Shown here: piece after piece, positions 13,212 to 26,400 of the stretch
Layout of the letters: each line of letters starts with the position of its first letter
Position numbering within the stretch: position 1 is the stretch's first letter
Source of the DNA: Cycas panzhihuaensis
Lineage: Eukaryota > Plantae > Cycadophyta
Reading direction: 5' to 3'
Assembly (NCBI GenBank): GCA_023213395.1
Contig: CM041465.1
Location: forward strand, 100,013,741-100,077,740
Length of the DNA: 64,000 nucleotides
Notes under the pieces: model-generated
What the model was told of the DNA's origin: nothing
Database searches by the model: none
The model's input: only the letters and a program-made list of their open reading frames with translations
Program-made: the position numbers and the translations under genes

Positions 13212-13859
13212 ACTACCATTTTAAATTGTTCCCATTCCTCCCAACCACGGGTAGAATGGCATTTTAAGATGGATTTTTGTTTCTACTTCCAGTTCCTCCC
13301 GCGGAACCCGCGTTCCCGTGTGCTCTTGGGAACCTTTGTCCTCCTATTTGGGCATCCCCCGACTAGGACGACGCTGTGGAGTATCGTCACTCCATTCTCC
13401 TGCCTATTGTTTCCTTTGTATATTCCGCTATGCTCCCCCGTGGACATGCATGTCGCTCTATTTCTAACCTCACACCTCTCGATCACCTCTGCTTACGGTG
13501 GATGTGCATGCTCCTGTTAGACATATGGCTATACATGGAAGGAAACACATGCATATTACAACCAAATATTTACAACAAAATATATTTACAAAACATATTT
13601 ACATATTTACATTTACAACATACAAACATATTCATTTACAAAAGTAAACCATACATGCTATCTCTATCATACATGATACACACCATTTCATGTCAAAATG
13701 GGGTTCCAATTACCCTGTATATATATATGTAAAAAATGTCATAGTACATCGTGCATGTGGGAAGCCGGGATCCTTGCAGGGGGGGTACAATCATATGAGC
13801 CTACATATGACCCCCTGGAGGCCTGCGCTTTCCCGTCAAAACCATATATACATCTCTCA

Positions 13860-15248
13860 TCACATCGTCTCACGATCACTGGGTGCCATCCCTGGTGCAT
13901 GTGATCCCTCTCCTGGGGACCACATCCCTATGAGGCTCCTCCTGGGCCTCTGCGAGCTGCCCACCTCGCTCCCGTCATCCTGAGGCCATCTCGGGGTAGT
14001 AGTCACTGTATGTGTATGGGTCTGACTCCTGCTCGACCTCGAGACCATCTGCGCTACTAGCTGGTCGTAGTGGACCTAAATGCGATTCCTCTCGCCCGAG
14101 AGTCCCTCCTCCATAGCCCTAAACTTCTCCTCTATCGCCTTAAGGCGCTCCTCTAGGACTGTTAGGTAGATGCTACTCCCCGCATCTCCTCCTAGTCTGC
14201 TCTGAGCCTCTAAGGCCTGGACTCGTCCGCGCAGCTCATCCCGCTCGCCCCTGGCCGCGTCGAGCTCTCGCTGCAGCTGTCCCTGGAATGCCATGTGCTC
14301 CTGGGTCTCAGAGCCAGATGTCTCACCCTTGCGGTGGGGTGAATGCACGCATTTGGGCTCTGTTGATCCGGCACATCCTCACTTGGATGGGCGGTTGCCC
14401 CTCTGCGTAGACCTGAGGGAACATCTCCCTCACCATGGCCTCCACCAGTCTCCAGACCTCTACTACTCCTGTCAATACAACATGCTGTGTGTCAGTATAT
14501 ATCCTCATTGCATACCATAATGAAAGTGAAATCAAAGATCTATCTAGATGTCAAACGACTAAGGAAACAGTTAGGTTTCACCTACTGCGGTCGCCGGCTC
14601 CTCTGCTCGGGCAACATCCTCGTCTCCTGGCTCCCTGCCAGCTGTAAGTACCTCATCCTCAGGTACATTCTCTGCCTCAACCTCATCTCTACCAGGGACT
14701 GGCTCAACCCTCACCTCTCCAGATCTCCTCACGATCCATAGTCTATGACCCCTGGTCTCGGGCACCCTGCTCGCCTCAGCAGCTCCTAATTGGCCTGCCC
14801 CTCCTCCGGTAGTCCCGGATGGCCCTGCTGCTCCCTCTGTCGACTGTGATGGACCTGCCTCTCTTACAGGTTGTCATGGGCTAGCCCCATCTCCCCCGTC
14901 ATCACTGTCGTCATCATCACTGTCATCGTCATCATCATCGTCGATGGGCACTCCTGCTCTGCCTGCTCCATCGTCACTCTCCAACCTCCTTTGCCTCAGA
15001 GGGCTCTGTTGTATAGTCTGTCAGAGTGAGGAGGTCGAGTGATGTTGCATCAAGCGAGCGGACATGGGCTGGTCCTCGTCCCCTGAGCCTCGTCGCCTCA
15101 TCCTTGGCGCCGCCTCCTCTTCTCGGCGACCACCCACGAGGCTTGCAGCCGCCCCGTGCCCAAGCCTCTGGTTGCTATTAGTTAGATGTGCTTGCTCTAT
15201 TTGCTGGATGCCCTCCTACTTCACGTTGCACTTTGGTAACAGGGGCAT
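13860..15248 (-). pseudogene. E1 antisense accessory gene (~425 aa reconstructed): acidic/low-complexity exon plus coiled-coil exon, GT-AG intron at 14469-14581
   Basis: One minus-strand frame runs from ATG 15248 to 14582, broken by three stops explicable as CGA>TGA or CAG>TAG. The intron GTGAAACC...TTGACAG joins ORF 14571-14765 in frame to ORF 14323-14535. A 1-nt shift near 14326 leads into the coiled-coil ORF 14076-14348, which is in frame with 13860-14048 across one TAG. Confidence 0.72.
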
Positions 15249-15395
15249 CCCCTTTTACTTGCTTATTTCAGTTATAAATTGATGTTTAGACGATGCGTAG
15301 GCAGCCCCTACGTTGTCCTCATCTCCGTCTCCCTCGTCCACGCGTTCCGCCACGACACTTGCCTACGCCCTTGGTCCACGTGCTACTCTTTATTG

Positions 15396-15396
<1 letters not shown>

Positions 15397-15445
<49 letters not shown>
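15397..15445. repeat. (TA)n microsatellite
   Basis: Seen directly in sequence. Confidence 0.95.
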
Positions 15446-15448
<3 letters not shown>

Positions 15449-15516
15449 GTGCTACTCATATCTTTGATTGACAGCATTCACCGTCACGTTGCGCTTTAAG
15501 CGGTGAGGCTCTCGCC

Positions 15517-15523
15517 AGGGGCG
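15517..15523 (+). promoter_or_regulatory. E1 polypurine tract (short, AGGGGCG)
   Basis: Immediately precedes the TG of the 3' LTR; same style as AAGGGGGTAG (788) and AAGGGGGCAAA (32992). Confidence 0.7.
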
Positions 15524-18010
15524 TGTTTCCAACCACGGGAATGGACTCAAGACGCATCGACACAGGTTTGTTTAGGTATATTTTCTTACTTTTCTTGCCC
15601 ATGCTTGATTGAGGTTATTTAGAGTAGGTTACTTGACATATGCCTGCCTGCACGCATTGCTTTCCTACTTGCTCATAATGCATGTGCCTACGGCACACCA
15701 TCAGCCTATGACGACTCACAGTGAGGGAATTCCTCAGCGAATGCTACACCCCGTATGGCGCACAACCATCCACGTTGTCTCCATGGTCTCCCGAGATATT
15801 TTTGTCAGTCCTATTTGCTCTCATTACAACATGTTGCTTATGTTGCAGCCCTTCCTAAGCCTGATTTAATCCTTAGTTAAGACTCTTTGCATTGTATTGG
15901 GAACCTGCCCATTACTTGGGCATTCCCCCAGCTGCTCCAACTTATGTTTAGCCTTGGTTTTTACCCCAAAACCTGATGTTTCTGCTTATTTTTCTCTTTT
16001 TTTGTTTCGACAATCTGCAGTAAACTTAGAAGTCTGCAGAGTTCTTTGCGGTACCATAGAGTTCTTCTTGACGATCTGTTGTTGAAATTTAAAAAAAAGA
16101 GAACCACTCGATAGTTTCCATTTTTTCGCAAAACTGCCGCGTGGCATTGATTGATTCGAGTCACCCAGACATCCCCAACGTTCACCTGTTGTGAACAGGG
16201 GATAAAGGGAATTTTGCTCCCCATTTTTTAGATCTTTTGGCCATTTTTCAAATCTCTAAGAAGAATTTCTAACTTTCACACAAGACAACACACAGAAAAG
16301 AAAAACTACATGCACAACAACTGGACAAAGGTGAAGTGGGTTGCTATCAGCTGGACTTGCAGGGCCATTGCTGCCCCCTATAGCTCTCCACAGCAAGCTC
16401 CATTCTTCTTTGTAGGTGCTCAAGAATCCAAGTGACTTCTTCACCCAAAAGCTGCTTCAAGAGCCAACTTCCAAGGCTCCAAACTTGCAAGGAGTTTCCT
16501 TCATCCTCACTCTTGCAAGAATCACTCATGATCAGTCCCTATACATTGTTTATTGCTACTATTTCTAGTATCAAAGTGCATGCTTAATCTTCCCCATACA
16601 AGGTACTTCTTGTTTTTACTTGCAAATTCATTTCTTTTTTTTTTCCCTCCTTTGCTTCTCAATGAATGTGATCCTAGTTAGCTACAACTCTCCTCATAGT
16701 GTTGCTCTAGATTAGGGTACCTTTCCATTGTTCCTTTGGAGCCCCTCCATTTTCCTTAAGCTATCTCTTTCACTCTTTCCTTAGTTAGCTGGTGTAAAGG
16801 AGTACATACGAGGATTTGAGGGAGGTAGGCGGGGTTCCGTCCCCCATTGTTGTCCTTCTCCCCAAGGGTTATGTCCCTTGTCCTCTTTCCCTTTGCCATC
16901 CACGCTTTCTTAGGGAACGGGCTAAGGGAGTTTAGGGGATTTAGTTAGGGCATTCTGATTGGCATAGACAACCCGTCACTACCTCATTGCCAACTAGTTT
17001 TCCTTCCTGAGTTCCGTGGAGGTCTCCTGTGGGTGAGTTAGCCATCCCGAGGCTATACTCCTTTCCCTTTTTAGGTGTTTTCATGGTGCATGGCAATGAG
17101 AGCATTTCATATATGTTGTTATTTCATTTTGTTATATTCTGATGCTTAGCTTAGATCTTAGTTTCATTTGATTTTAGTTTATATATATATATATTTCATG
17201 GTATATCTTATGGCCTCTCTTCCGAGAGGAAGGTGTCCTTCTTACCCGTTTGTAAGATCGCGCGTTGGTGGAGCGACACGCAGGACAAGCCTGTTGCAGG
17301 TTAGTTCCTCGCGTAGTGCCTCTCTTTCTTTGGTTTCAAGCTTTTTTCCGTTTCTTTCTGCTTTATTTGGTTTTGCATGCTCAAGGGGAGGTAAGTGAAC
17401 CCCTCTTCCATCACTTCTGGCAATTACCGTCGATCGGCGTTGCATGCACAGCAAACAGAGAAGGAAGGAGCGGGACTTAGAGAGACGAGCCGCACCTCCA
17501 TTCAGGCGTCGGATCCAGGTATTCCCCTTACTTCCTATGTATCTCCTTTTACATTGATACCTTTCATGCATCTACCTAAGTAGATAGGAAATTGTAAAAG
17601 AACATAAAGGAAAAAGGGAAAGCACATTCATCTTTTTTCATTATTTCTTGCTTTATATAGCGTAGCATAGATAGCATGCTCGTGTCGTATTCGAGATGCC
17701 CCCCCCATTGCACCTTTCCTCACATTTGCCTGCACCTTAGTTAGTTGTCCTCCCATTCGTTGCCTTCTTACTGCCTTGAGAAGACGCAACGCACAAGGCA
17801 TTCTCTCCCCTTCCCGGCCATCCGAAGGGTAGGAAGGCCTTGTTTTGCACGGCTACCTCGAAGCAACCAGGCACCTTGCAGTCCCGAATCTGCGCTCTGG
17901 TGCACGGACGCCCTGCGAGGTGAGGTCCTCGTTGCCTAGCTTAGTTAGCATAGCATACTCTTATATCCTTTTGTTAGACGTAGGATCACCGCCCCGTAGT
18001 GAGCATTTCA
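15524..18010 (+). repeat. E1 3' LTR (2487 bp)
   Basis: TGTTTCCAAC...GAGCATTTCA, direct repeat of 3831-6325. Confidence 0.95.
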
Positions 18011-20372
18011 GTGTGCTTCCATGCACTGCTAAAAATGTGACTTGTCACATTTTTAGAATAAAGCCACATCTTTTAGAGGTGAAAAATATAGCCAATTATG
18101 CTTTCCGCTATCATGCAAGAAAAACTTAGGTAGTGCGCTAAAATTTTACATGATGCTACCCAAATTTAATGGACTTTAATTCCTTCGATGCCCATAGGTG
18201 CTCTCCAATCTTTGTTAGTTAGAAGTTAATAAGTTAGAGGTGGTTTTACAGAGTTTGGGTTTGAATTTTTGGAGTCTTTTGGAGATTTCTTGAAGACTAT
18301 TACTATGAGACTAAGATTAGAACTTTTGGAAGACTTTTGGGTGAAATCTTGAAGGAGTATTATTGTTATTCGACTGATGATGGTTTGAGCTTCTATTTTC
18401 TCGAATCTTCATCAAATTTTATGTTTTAAACTTCTTCCGATTTAGTAAGATCTTTGCTATTGTATTTATAGCTTGTTTTATGGTTCTTTAAAGGTGATTT
18501 TGGCTCATAAATTTTCCTTTCTTTAGTTGATTGTTATAATGATCTCATTAATTTTTGTATATTGAAATATACACTAAAAGGTCAGCCCTTTATGGGGTTC
18601 CTTAAGGGTAGACTAGGGTGGAGCATGGTCATCTCTCCACCATATATCTAGCTATCCCTTCCTACTCTCTTGTAATAGTTTATATTTTAATTGGTTTACT
18701 ACTCTCTTTTGGCATTATTGGACTATAGTTTGGCCTATTTTGATTGTTGTTCTTCCTTCTTTTATTTTCTTTGAAGGAAAGTTTGTGGAAGATTTGGTCA
18801 ACTGAAAGAAAATTTAGTCATTCTAAGGTGTTCTTCGCAATAGGAAAGGAATTCTTTTTGTTATATTCTTTTGGTTGTATTCACTTTTATTTTTAAGCTC
18901 ACTTTTTTATCTTAAGAATGAAAAGTTGAGAATAGTGCACGTTAAAACATCTTTGATTTTTTAGTTTTGTAAAAGGTACAAAGATCCTTTTACAGCTCTT
19001 AGTACTCCAATTGTGATAGAATCATTGGGACTAATTTTATGTGAATGTTATTGGTTAGATTTGTAATTTGTTTACTATTTATAGGTTTGAAAATTATCAA
19101 AAAATAATAGTAGTATCTTTCAAGAATTTCTTTTCTTTATGTATTATTCATCACATTTTTTAAAAAATTGATTGCATACATGAAGGATAAAGTATGTTGA
19201 CTAGTTTTACATATTAATTAATTTCTTTAAAAACTTTCACAAAGATCATATAGTGAATTTTAGATTTTGGTAACATCATTCCTTTTGAAGTGAAGTGTGC
19301 ATATTGCATATAGGAGAGCTATTTTATAGTTGCATGTGCATCTTTTATTTTGAAAATACAAAAATAAAAAAAACAAAAAAAAAAGGACTTGCATGCATTG
19401 CTTATAGTTTGTTTATTTTTCATTAAAAGAAAAAAAAAAAGGTTTATATGAGTTTGATCTTGTAGTCTCTTTAGTTGTATTAATTTATCTTACTCTCTTG
19501 GTTTCGGTTTTTTGCTATCATATCAAAATCTAGAAAGAAGAATAAAATATAAAGGAATATAAAGTAACTGTAAATACTATACAAAAAGGAGAGGACAACA
19601 AAAAGGAAGACAAACAAAGTGGACATAAAGTAGGACAAGAAACAAAATAAGATAAACCACCTTTCCATTGGCTTACCATCTCCCACATCTAAGTATAAAT
19701 CAAAAGTTTGAAAGGATTACATGAGAGGAATCCGTAGGAAGGACATTGAGGATATTGTTTGTATAGCTTTGAACTTAGAACTCCTTTGTCAAGTCATATA
19801 GGTTAGTGGATTCTATTACCCTATTTCATATCCATGCTTTTTATCATATTCATTCACACTTCATTAGATAAAACTACTAGGCAAAGACTTCTCCTTAGGA
19901 GTTGGGTAAAAATGGTCCCTTAGGTCATCTTAAACTTCATGTCTCCCAATTTTAATTGAAATAAGAATCGAGAGATATTGAGTTTAGGTCACCCCTAGGT
20001 GCACAACCACCTTCCATTACTTAACCATTTTCTTTTTTATAGTAAACCCAAAAAGTTGAAATAATTTAAAGAAAGGTATCCCTAGGAAGGATATAGAAAA
20101 TATTATTAGCCTAATTCTAAACTTAGAACTCCTCTACTTGCTTATGTAGGCTAGTGGATCCTAGTATTTCTCTTTATATCTTAGCCTTTCTCTAACATAT
20201 ATATATTCAAACCAAATAACACAAATAGATAGAGACTCCTTCTTAGGAGTTGGAAAAGGAGGCCCTTAGGTTTCCATAGGCTTCTTTATCTCTTAATCTA
20301 AACTTGAAATAAAGGAATACAATGTCATTAAGGGATACTTAGCCTAAGCCCAACTGAAGCATGCCATCTTTC

Positions 20373-20390
20373 TAGCAACTATACTAGGGA
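20373..20390 (+). promoter_or_regulatory. Decayed PBS of E2 (Ogre/Tat tRNA-Arg type)
   Basis: TAGCAACTATACTAGGGA reverts mainly by transitions to TGGCGACTNCACTGGGGA; it lies 6 nt after the LTR end (..ATGCCA 20366). Confidence 0.6.
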
Positions 20391-20419
20391 ATTACCATTT
20401 TCTTTTTTATTTAAAGTAA

Positions 20420-23400
20420 TAGAAACTACACATCCCACCCAAAGAATATAATTGAGACTTCAAGGTCTCCCACCTAATTTTTAAACTCAACCCTCACATT
20501 CTACTCATGAAGTTTCATTTTCTTATGTTGACCCTTTAAAACATCATATACATGATACTTATATTTATCCTTTTGAAGATTCAACTCTATTATATGAAAT
20601 ACACATAGAGAAAGGCTACCCTAATACCTCTCAATTCCATAGTGGTTCTTCTATTATGAATTCTTTTTTTATACAAGAAGAAGATTTTCCCACTCAAGCA
20701 CCTCTATCTTATTATGAGCTTGTTCTTACTAAGGTCGCTGCTCCTCTTTATATGCTTAGATATCAAGATCCTTTGTACCTAAAGACCCATACCATGACAT
20801 CCTCTCCTTAACATCATCAATTTGATCCATTATGTAAAGAATATGAGTCTATACAAGTTGAGCCTTCTATTGCTCTTGATGCTAACCAATCACCCTTGCC
20901 TTCCCATCCTCCTTCACCTAGGCCACTCTCTCCTCCTTCCAAAGAATTTGAAGATCATAAATTAGTCCATTTTTAACCTCTCCCCCCACTTTCCATATTA
21001 CAATTTCAAACCCATTCTCCCTATATGGTACATTATACACATGAAGGAACCTCTAACATACTTGTTCAAGGTGTCCTTATCCTTTCTTATGTTCCTACCC
21101 CTTAATAAATAGGTATATCTTCTTTAACACCATAACCTATCCATTCATATCTTAGAAGAGTAGCCTCTTCTTACCTTATTGCAACCTCAACTCATTTACC
21201 ACCCTAGGTTTATCATAGAGCCATATCCTCGGGTATTAGACCTTACATCTCTTCTCCTAAGGTATCTAATTTAGTTTTATCTTCTCAACTTGTTTTTCAT
21301 ACTTACCCCGCTTATCCTCATTCTTTAATTAGTCAATCTTAAGCTTTAGGATTGGTTAATCCTACTTCATCATGTCATGTACCTAGACCAGTCCCTTAAC
21401 AAATGCCTTCTCCTTCATTTAACCCTATTTTCCCTTAATACCTTATGTCTTAAACCAATTCTATGGTAAATCCTATAGCTTGGTTTAACCCTCTATCTTC
21501 TCTTGTAACTTATTCTTTACCTCAACAATAACAATATATTTCCTTCACCATTCCATACCCACCATCCTTATCTCAACATTCTATGATGTTATGGCCAAGA
21601 AAGCCTTTCTTAGACTATATAAAGTCTCCTTTCCCATGTGAGGTCTTGCTATCACCTATGCCTATATTTTTACCTGAGTTACCTAAATTCTTAGGTGACT
21701 CTTCTGAAGATCTAACCTCCCACATATAAGTGTTTATACTTGCTTGTGATGGCTTTATGCCATATGACTATATCACGATGCTCTTATTCCCTAAATCACT
21801 TCAAGGTGATGCGTTGAAGTGGTTTTATCACCTTCCTTCTATCTCTATCATCTTGTTCCAATAATTGGTCAACTCATTCATCAATTACTTTTATGTAGTA
21901 AGACCTTTTGAATCTAGTATTAAATCACTTTTGTCTATTAAAAAAACCATGATGAAATTTCTAAAGACTTTATGAGAAGATTTCAAGACTAAGTACATAA
22001 ATGTCATTCCCGACTTGATCCTAGACTCCTTTTCCATCTATTCACTTATTCTTTGAGGCCCTGTGTATATTTTGAAGTACTCAAGCTTGGTCCTTAAACC
22101 TATGAAGAAGACGTTGATCAATGCTTAGTCTTAGAAACTTTTGAAATATAAGCAGGCATTAAAAATGTTGGGAAATCTATCCTTTCTAAAGAGACCATTC
22201 AAATATCCAAGACTTCTCATCCTGAGCCAACCTATGATCATCTAACTTCTTCTATTAGGTGATTAGAGTGTGTAATCAATAATAAGTTGTGTGTTGATAG
22301 TCCTATAGAAAATTAGTCTACTCAAGAAATGAAAGTTATTCATCTTATTGAAAGGAGAAAGAAATAAGTTCAACCTATAACTTCTCCTCTTTTTAGGAAG
22401 ATAAAGTAGAGTCCTACCACCAAACTGACACTCACAATAGAAGCTAATGCTATATAGTTCAAGCCATAACCCAAAATATAAACACTTAAACAAATCGAGC
22501 TTCTAAAACTTCTCAAGATCAAATGATTTATAAGGATCCTCTACCTCAATATAAAGATAAAGAAAATAAAGATGATAAATGCAAGGCTAAATATATTCAA
22601 AATGATGAAGGTGAACCTTCTAGTTTTGATTCATCTTAAGAAGATGACTACTCCTTCTAATCCTTTAACAAATTGTGCTAACAGTTAAGCTTACTGATCT
22701 CCTAAAGTTGGTGAGACTAAGAGAATTATCAACATGGTGGAGATTATGAAGAGTGCAAGTTCATCCAAATCACTCAATGATTTGACATCTAAAAATCTTA
22801 ACTCTTTACCTCTTATTCCCTCTCATACCATCAGGTTTAGGTCCATCTTTCTAGTTCAAAAGATGGATCATTTTCCCTGGTTAATGATTTAAAGACTATT
22901 CCTAATAGTATATCAATTATTAACTTGTTGACATGTTGCCTTAAGTAATGATAACTCCTATTCGATGCATTAGTAGTTCATATCATAATTGGTTCATCTA
23001 CTTTTGTACTTTCTTTTGATTTAGCCATGTTGCCTACTTACACTACTCATGTTCTGAATGATGTACCCCCATTCTACATTGAAATTATTAAGGATGACGT
23101 CAATATTAAACATGTTATCATTTATGAGGGATTATCTATTAATATAACCCCTCTTTGTCTTGTTGAGGATATCAAGATTTTGACCTTTGACCCTTGTGAG
23201 TAGATTTTCCAAGGATATGATAAGAATAAAAACGTTCCCCTTAGTCAAGTCATTCTTCCTTTAGATCTTAAAAAAAAGATACTTTATATTGAACTTACTA
23301 TTATTGATCTTGACTTAGAACATAATACCCTTTCAGGTAGATCATGGATTACCCAAATGGCTGCTATCTACTCTTCCCTTTTTAGTGAAATTTAGTTCAT

Positions 23401-26400
23401 CCATGAAGGTAAATTAAAGATTTTTAAATGTAGGCTAAAACATATTGAATAATCAGTCCCACTCATTGAGGCTTTCTCTAAACCTAGTGAGTCATCTAAT
23501 TCCTTATAATATTTATTTTATTATTTAGGTTGAGGGTAGTATTTCTCCATTGAAACTCCTCCTCCTTAAGGAGAAGTAAAAGGTGTTGATTTGATTGAAA
23601 TTATCCTTATTAAACTAGGTTCTTTTTCTACTCCTCATCTCTTAGATTTTACCTGTTGATCTTTGGTTTCCCCTCCTCCTTCTTATGAAGAAATAACACC
23701 ATGCTCTAATATATCCTATGAGGAGACAACTATGAGTGAAATAATTGATTCAAATCTTTCATTTCCTACTCAAAGTCATTTCTCATATGTCTTATATTTG
23801 CCTTTAGTAATTAATACTTTAGTTCCTTCTATTATGATTATTCCCTCAATAGATCATATGGTTTCATCTTCATATGATATTTCCTACCATAACTCTTTTC
23901 TCTTGGTCTTCTCTTTTTACTATGTGGTTAAATAGATATGAGAAGAAAATATTGTTGCATAGGCACTCTAATTTAGAACAAGATGACGAGGTTATTCATT
24001 TGCATGTTATGTCCTAAAGGAATCAAAATATATCTAATGGAGTTTGAGAAGTGAATTTGGTATCCGTCATTTCCCTTCCTTCTCATTACCCTATTGATGA
24101 TCCTCCATTATCTCTCATATTTATGCCTATGTCTAATCAAATTCATCACTTCTACCATTGTGAGTTTGAGTAAATCTTCACTCCAACTTGGGAATTTATT
24201 AATTAACCCATCCCTTTTTCCCAAGCTTTTTCAATCATTGAGTTTATACCAACTCATCTAAACTCTTTGATTAATGATTCCCCACCTTTTAAGTCACTTT
24301 TCTTATCACCTAACTTATCAAAAAAAATTCTCCTCAGTGACCCTTTTCATTTAGATCATTTTAAAAGTGATGAGGTAGTCCTTAAGCATCTAGTGGGATC
24401 AACTCCTAATCTTCCCTCTTATCATCATAAATTGAGTTTTTTAAAGATGATACAACCTAATTCACCACTAATAGATTGTTCTTAATTTCAAGAGATAGTT
24501 TCTCTTATAGAACTTACTCCTCCTTATTTTGAAGAAGGTAATACTATGCTCATAGAAGAAACCATAGATATCGATTTAAAATTAGGGGATACTTCTAAAA
24601 TTATTAAGCTTGAAGCTAATTATTCTCTACAAGAGATCTCTCAGTTTAAAGATATCTTCCATGAGTTTCATTAAATTTTTGGTTAGGATTACAATGATAT
24701 GCAAGGTCTTGATTCCCATGTTATCAAACATAATATCACTATTATTCCTAGTGTTAAACCCAAATGCCAAAAACAAAGACCTATTCGTCCATGTCTTTGT
24801 ACTACTATCAAATAGGAAAGTTGAGAAATTGTTAAAAGTTGGATTCATTAAGAGCATTGATTACTCTTAATAGGTTTCAAATATAGTCCTAGTTGCCAAA
24901 AGGAATAGCTCAATTTGAATTTGCATTAACTTTTAGGATATTAACAATGTCTATCCCAAAGATAATTTTTCTTTCCCCTTTCTTGATCAAATATGGGATC
25001 AATAGTTGGTTTTGAAATTATGTCCCTTATGGATTATTTCTCTGAATATAATCAAATTTCTATTACATTGTAAGATCATCATAAAACTTCTTTTGTTACT
25101 CCTTAGTACATCTTCATTTATAAAGTCATGCCTTTTGGGTTAAAGAATGTCGGGACTACTTATCAAAGAGAAATAGTTTATATTTTTCACAATCTAATCA
25201 ATAATATTATTATCATATATTTACATAACATGCTTGCTCTTTCTCGTAAATGATAATATCATGTACATGATTTGAGAATGATCTTTAAAAGATGTAGAAA
25301 GTATTATTTCTATTTGAATCCATCTAAATAGATTTGTAGTAACTTTAGGAAAGATGTTAGGTAATATTGTCTCCCATAATGGAATAAGAGTAGATCCCAA
25401 TAAAGTAAAGGCAATTATTGATATGCCTCCCCTGAAAACCCAAAAATAGATCAAATATTTCTTAGGTAGGCTTGGTTTTCTTAGACATTTTATTGCTAAT
25501 TTTACCATAGATGTTAAGCCTCCAACAAATATTTTAAAGAAAGATGTTGAATTATGATAAACTCCTTAAGTTCAAGAGTCATTTGATAGATTAAAGTAAG
25601 CATTAATCTCAACACTAGTGCTTACTCTACCAAGGTTTAATAAGCCTTTTATTCTATATAGCTCTTCTTCAAAAGAGTCATTAATAAGTATGTTAGTATA
25701 AGAAGATGATTTTGCTAAAGAACAAGTAATCTATTTCATTAGTAGAACCTTAGTGGCAGTTGAGATTTATTATCCTCCTCTTGAGAAAGACTATCTTTCT
25801 TTAGTCTTTTCCACTAAGAAGTTGTCATTACCTTCCTAGGAATAAGGTCCTTCTTATCATCTAATTAGATCCCATTAGATATGTATTAACTAAAACCAAC
25901 CTTACTAGATGATTAGTAAAATGGTCCCTATTATTATAAGAGTTTAATTTTTAAATTGTTAACAAGAAATCTAAGAAATCAAGGCTGATGCTCTTGTACC
26001 CAATCCTACCAATCGACCTATTGATGATGCTTTTCTAGATGAACACATCTTCCATATCCAAACCATCTCTTCTGATGACCCCTGGTAAGGAGAGATCAAA
26101 TCTTACCTTTACTATCAATCTTTCCCTTCTTCTTTGACATCAAAGAAAAGAAGACGAATTCGAGCCACCATTAGGTAATATCTTTTCCTCAATGGCATAC
26201 TTTATAAACATTCCTTTTATGGGATTCTATTGAGGTGTCTCTCTCCTAATAAGGTTCTTACGACCTTAATAGAGTGCCATAATGGAACATGTGATGCTCA
26301 TTTTAGTGGATGATCTATGGCCTAATGTATTCTCTGCATGGGTTATTATTAGCCTACCTTATAGAAAGATGCTTATATCTATATTTAAAAATATAAAAAA

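Larger units (their letters stand above)
3831..18010 (+). mobile_element. Full-length Ty3/gypsy LTR retrotransposon E1, non-chromovirus Tat-type, 14,180 bp
   Basis: Two ~2.49 kb direct repeats with TG...CA ends; 5-bp TSD GTATG (3826-3830)/GTGTG (18011-18015); PBS and PPT present; gag-PR-RT-RH-INT order. Confidence 0.96.

Noticed and set aside
13360-13410. DDAVEYRHSIL as an aRH NN.AEY remnant after INT
   Set aside because: No other aRH motifs nearby. It more likely corresponds to the E2 post-pol spacer (~27490), not to the aRH at 28364.
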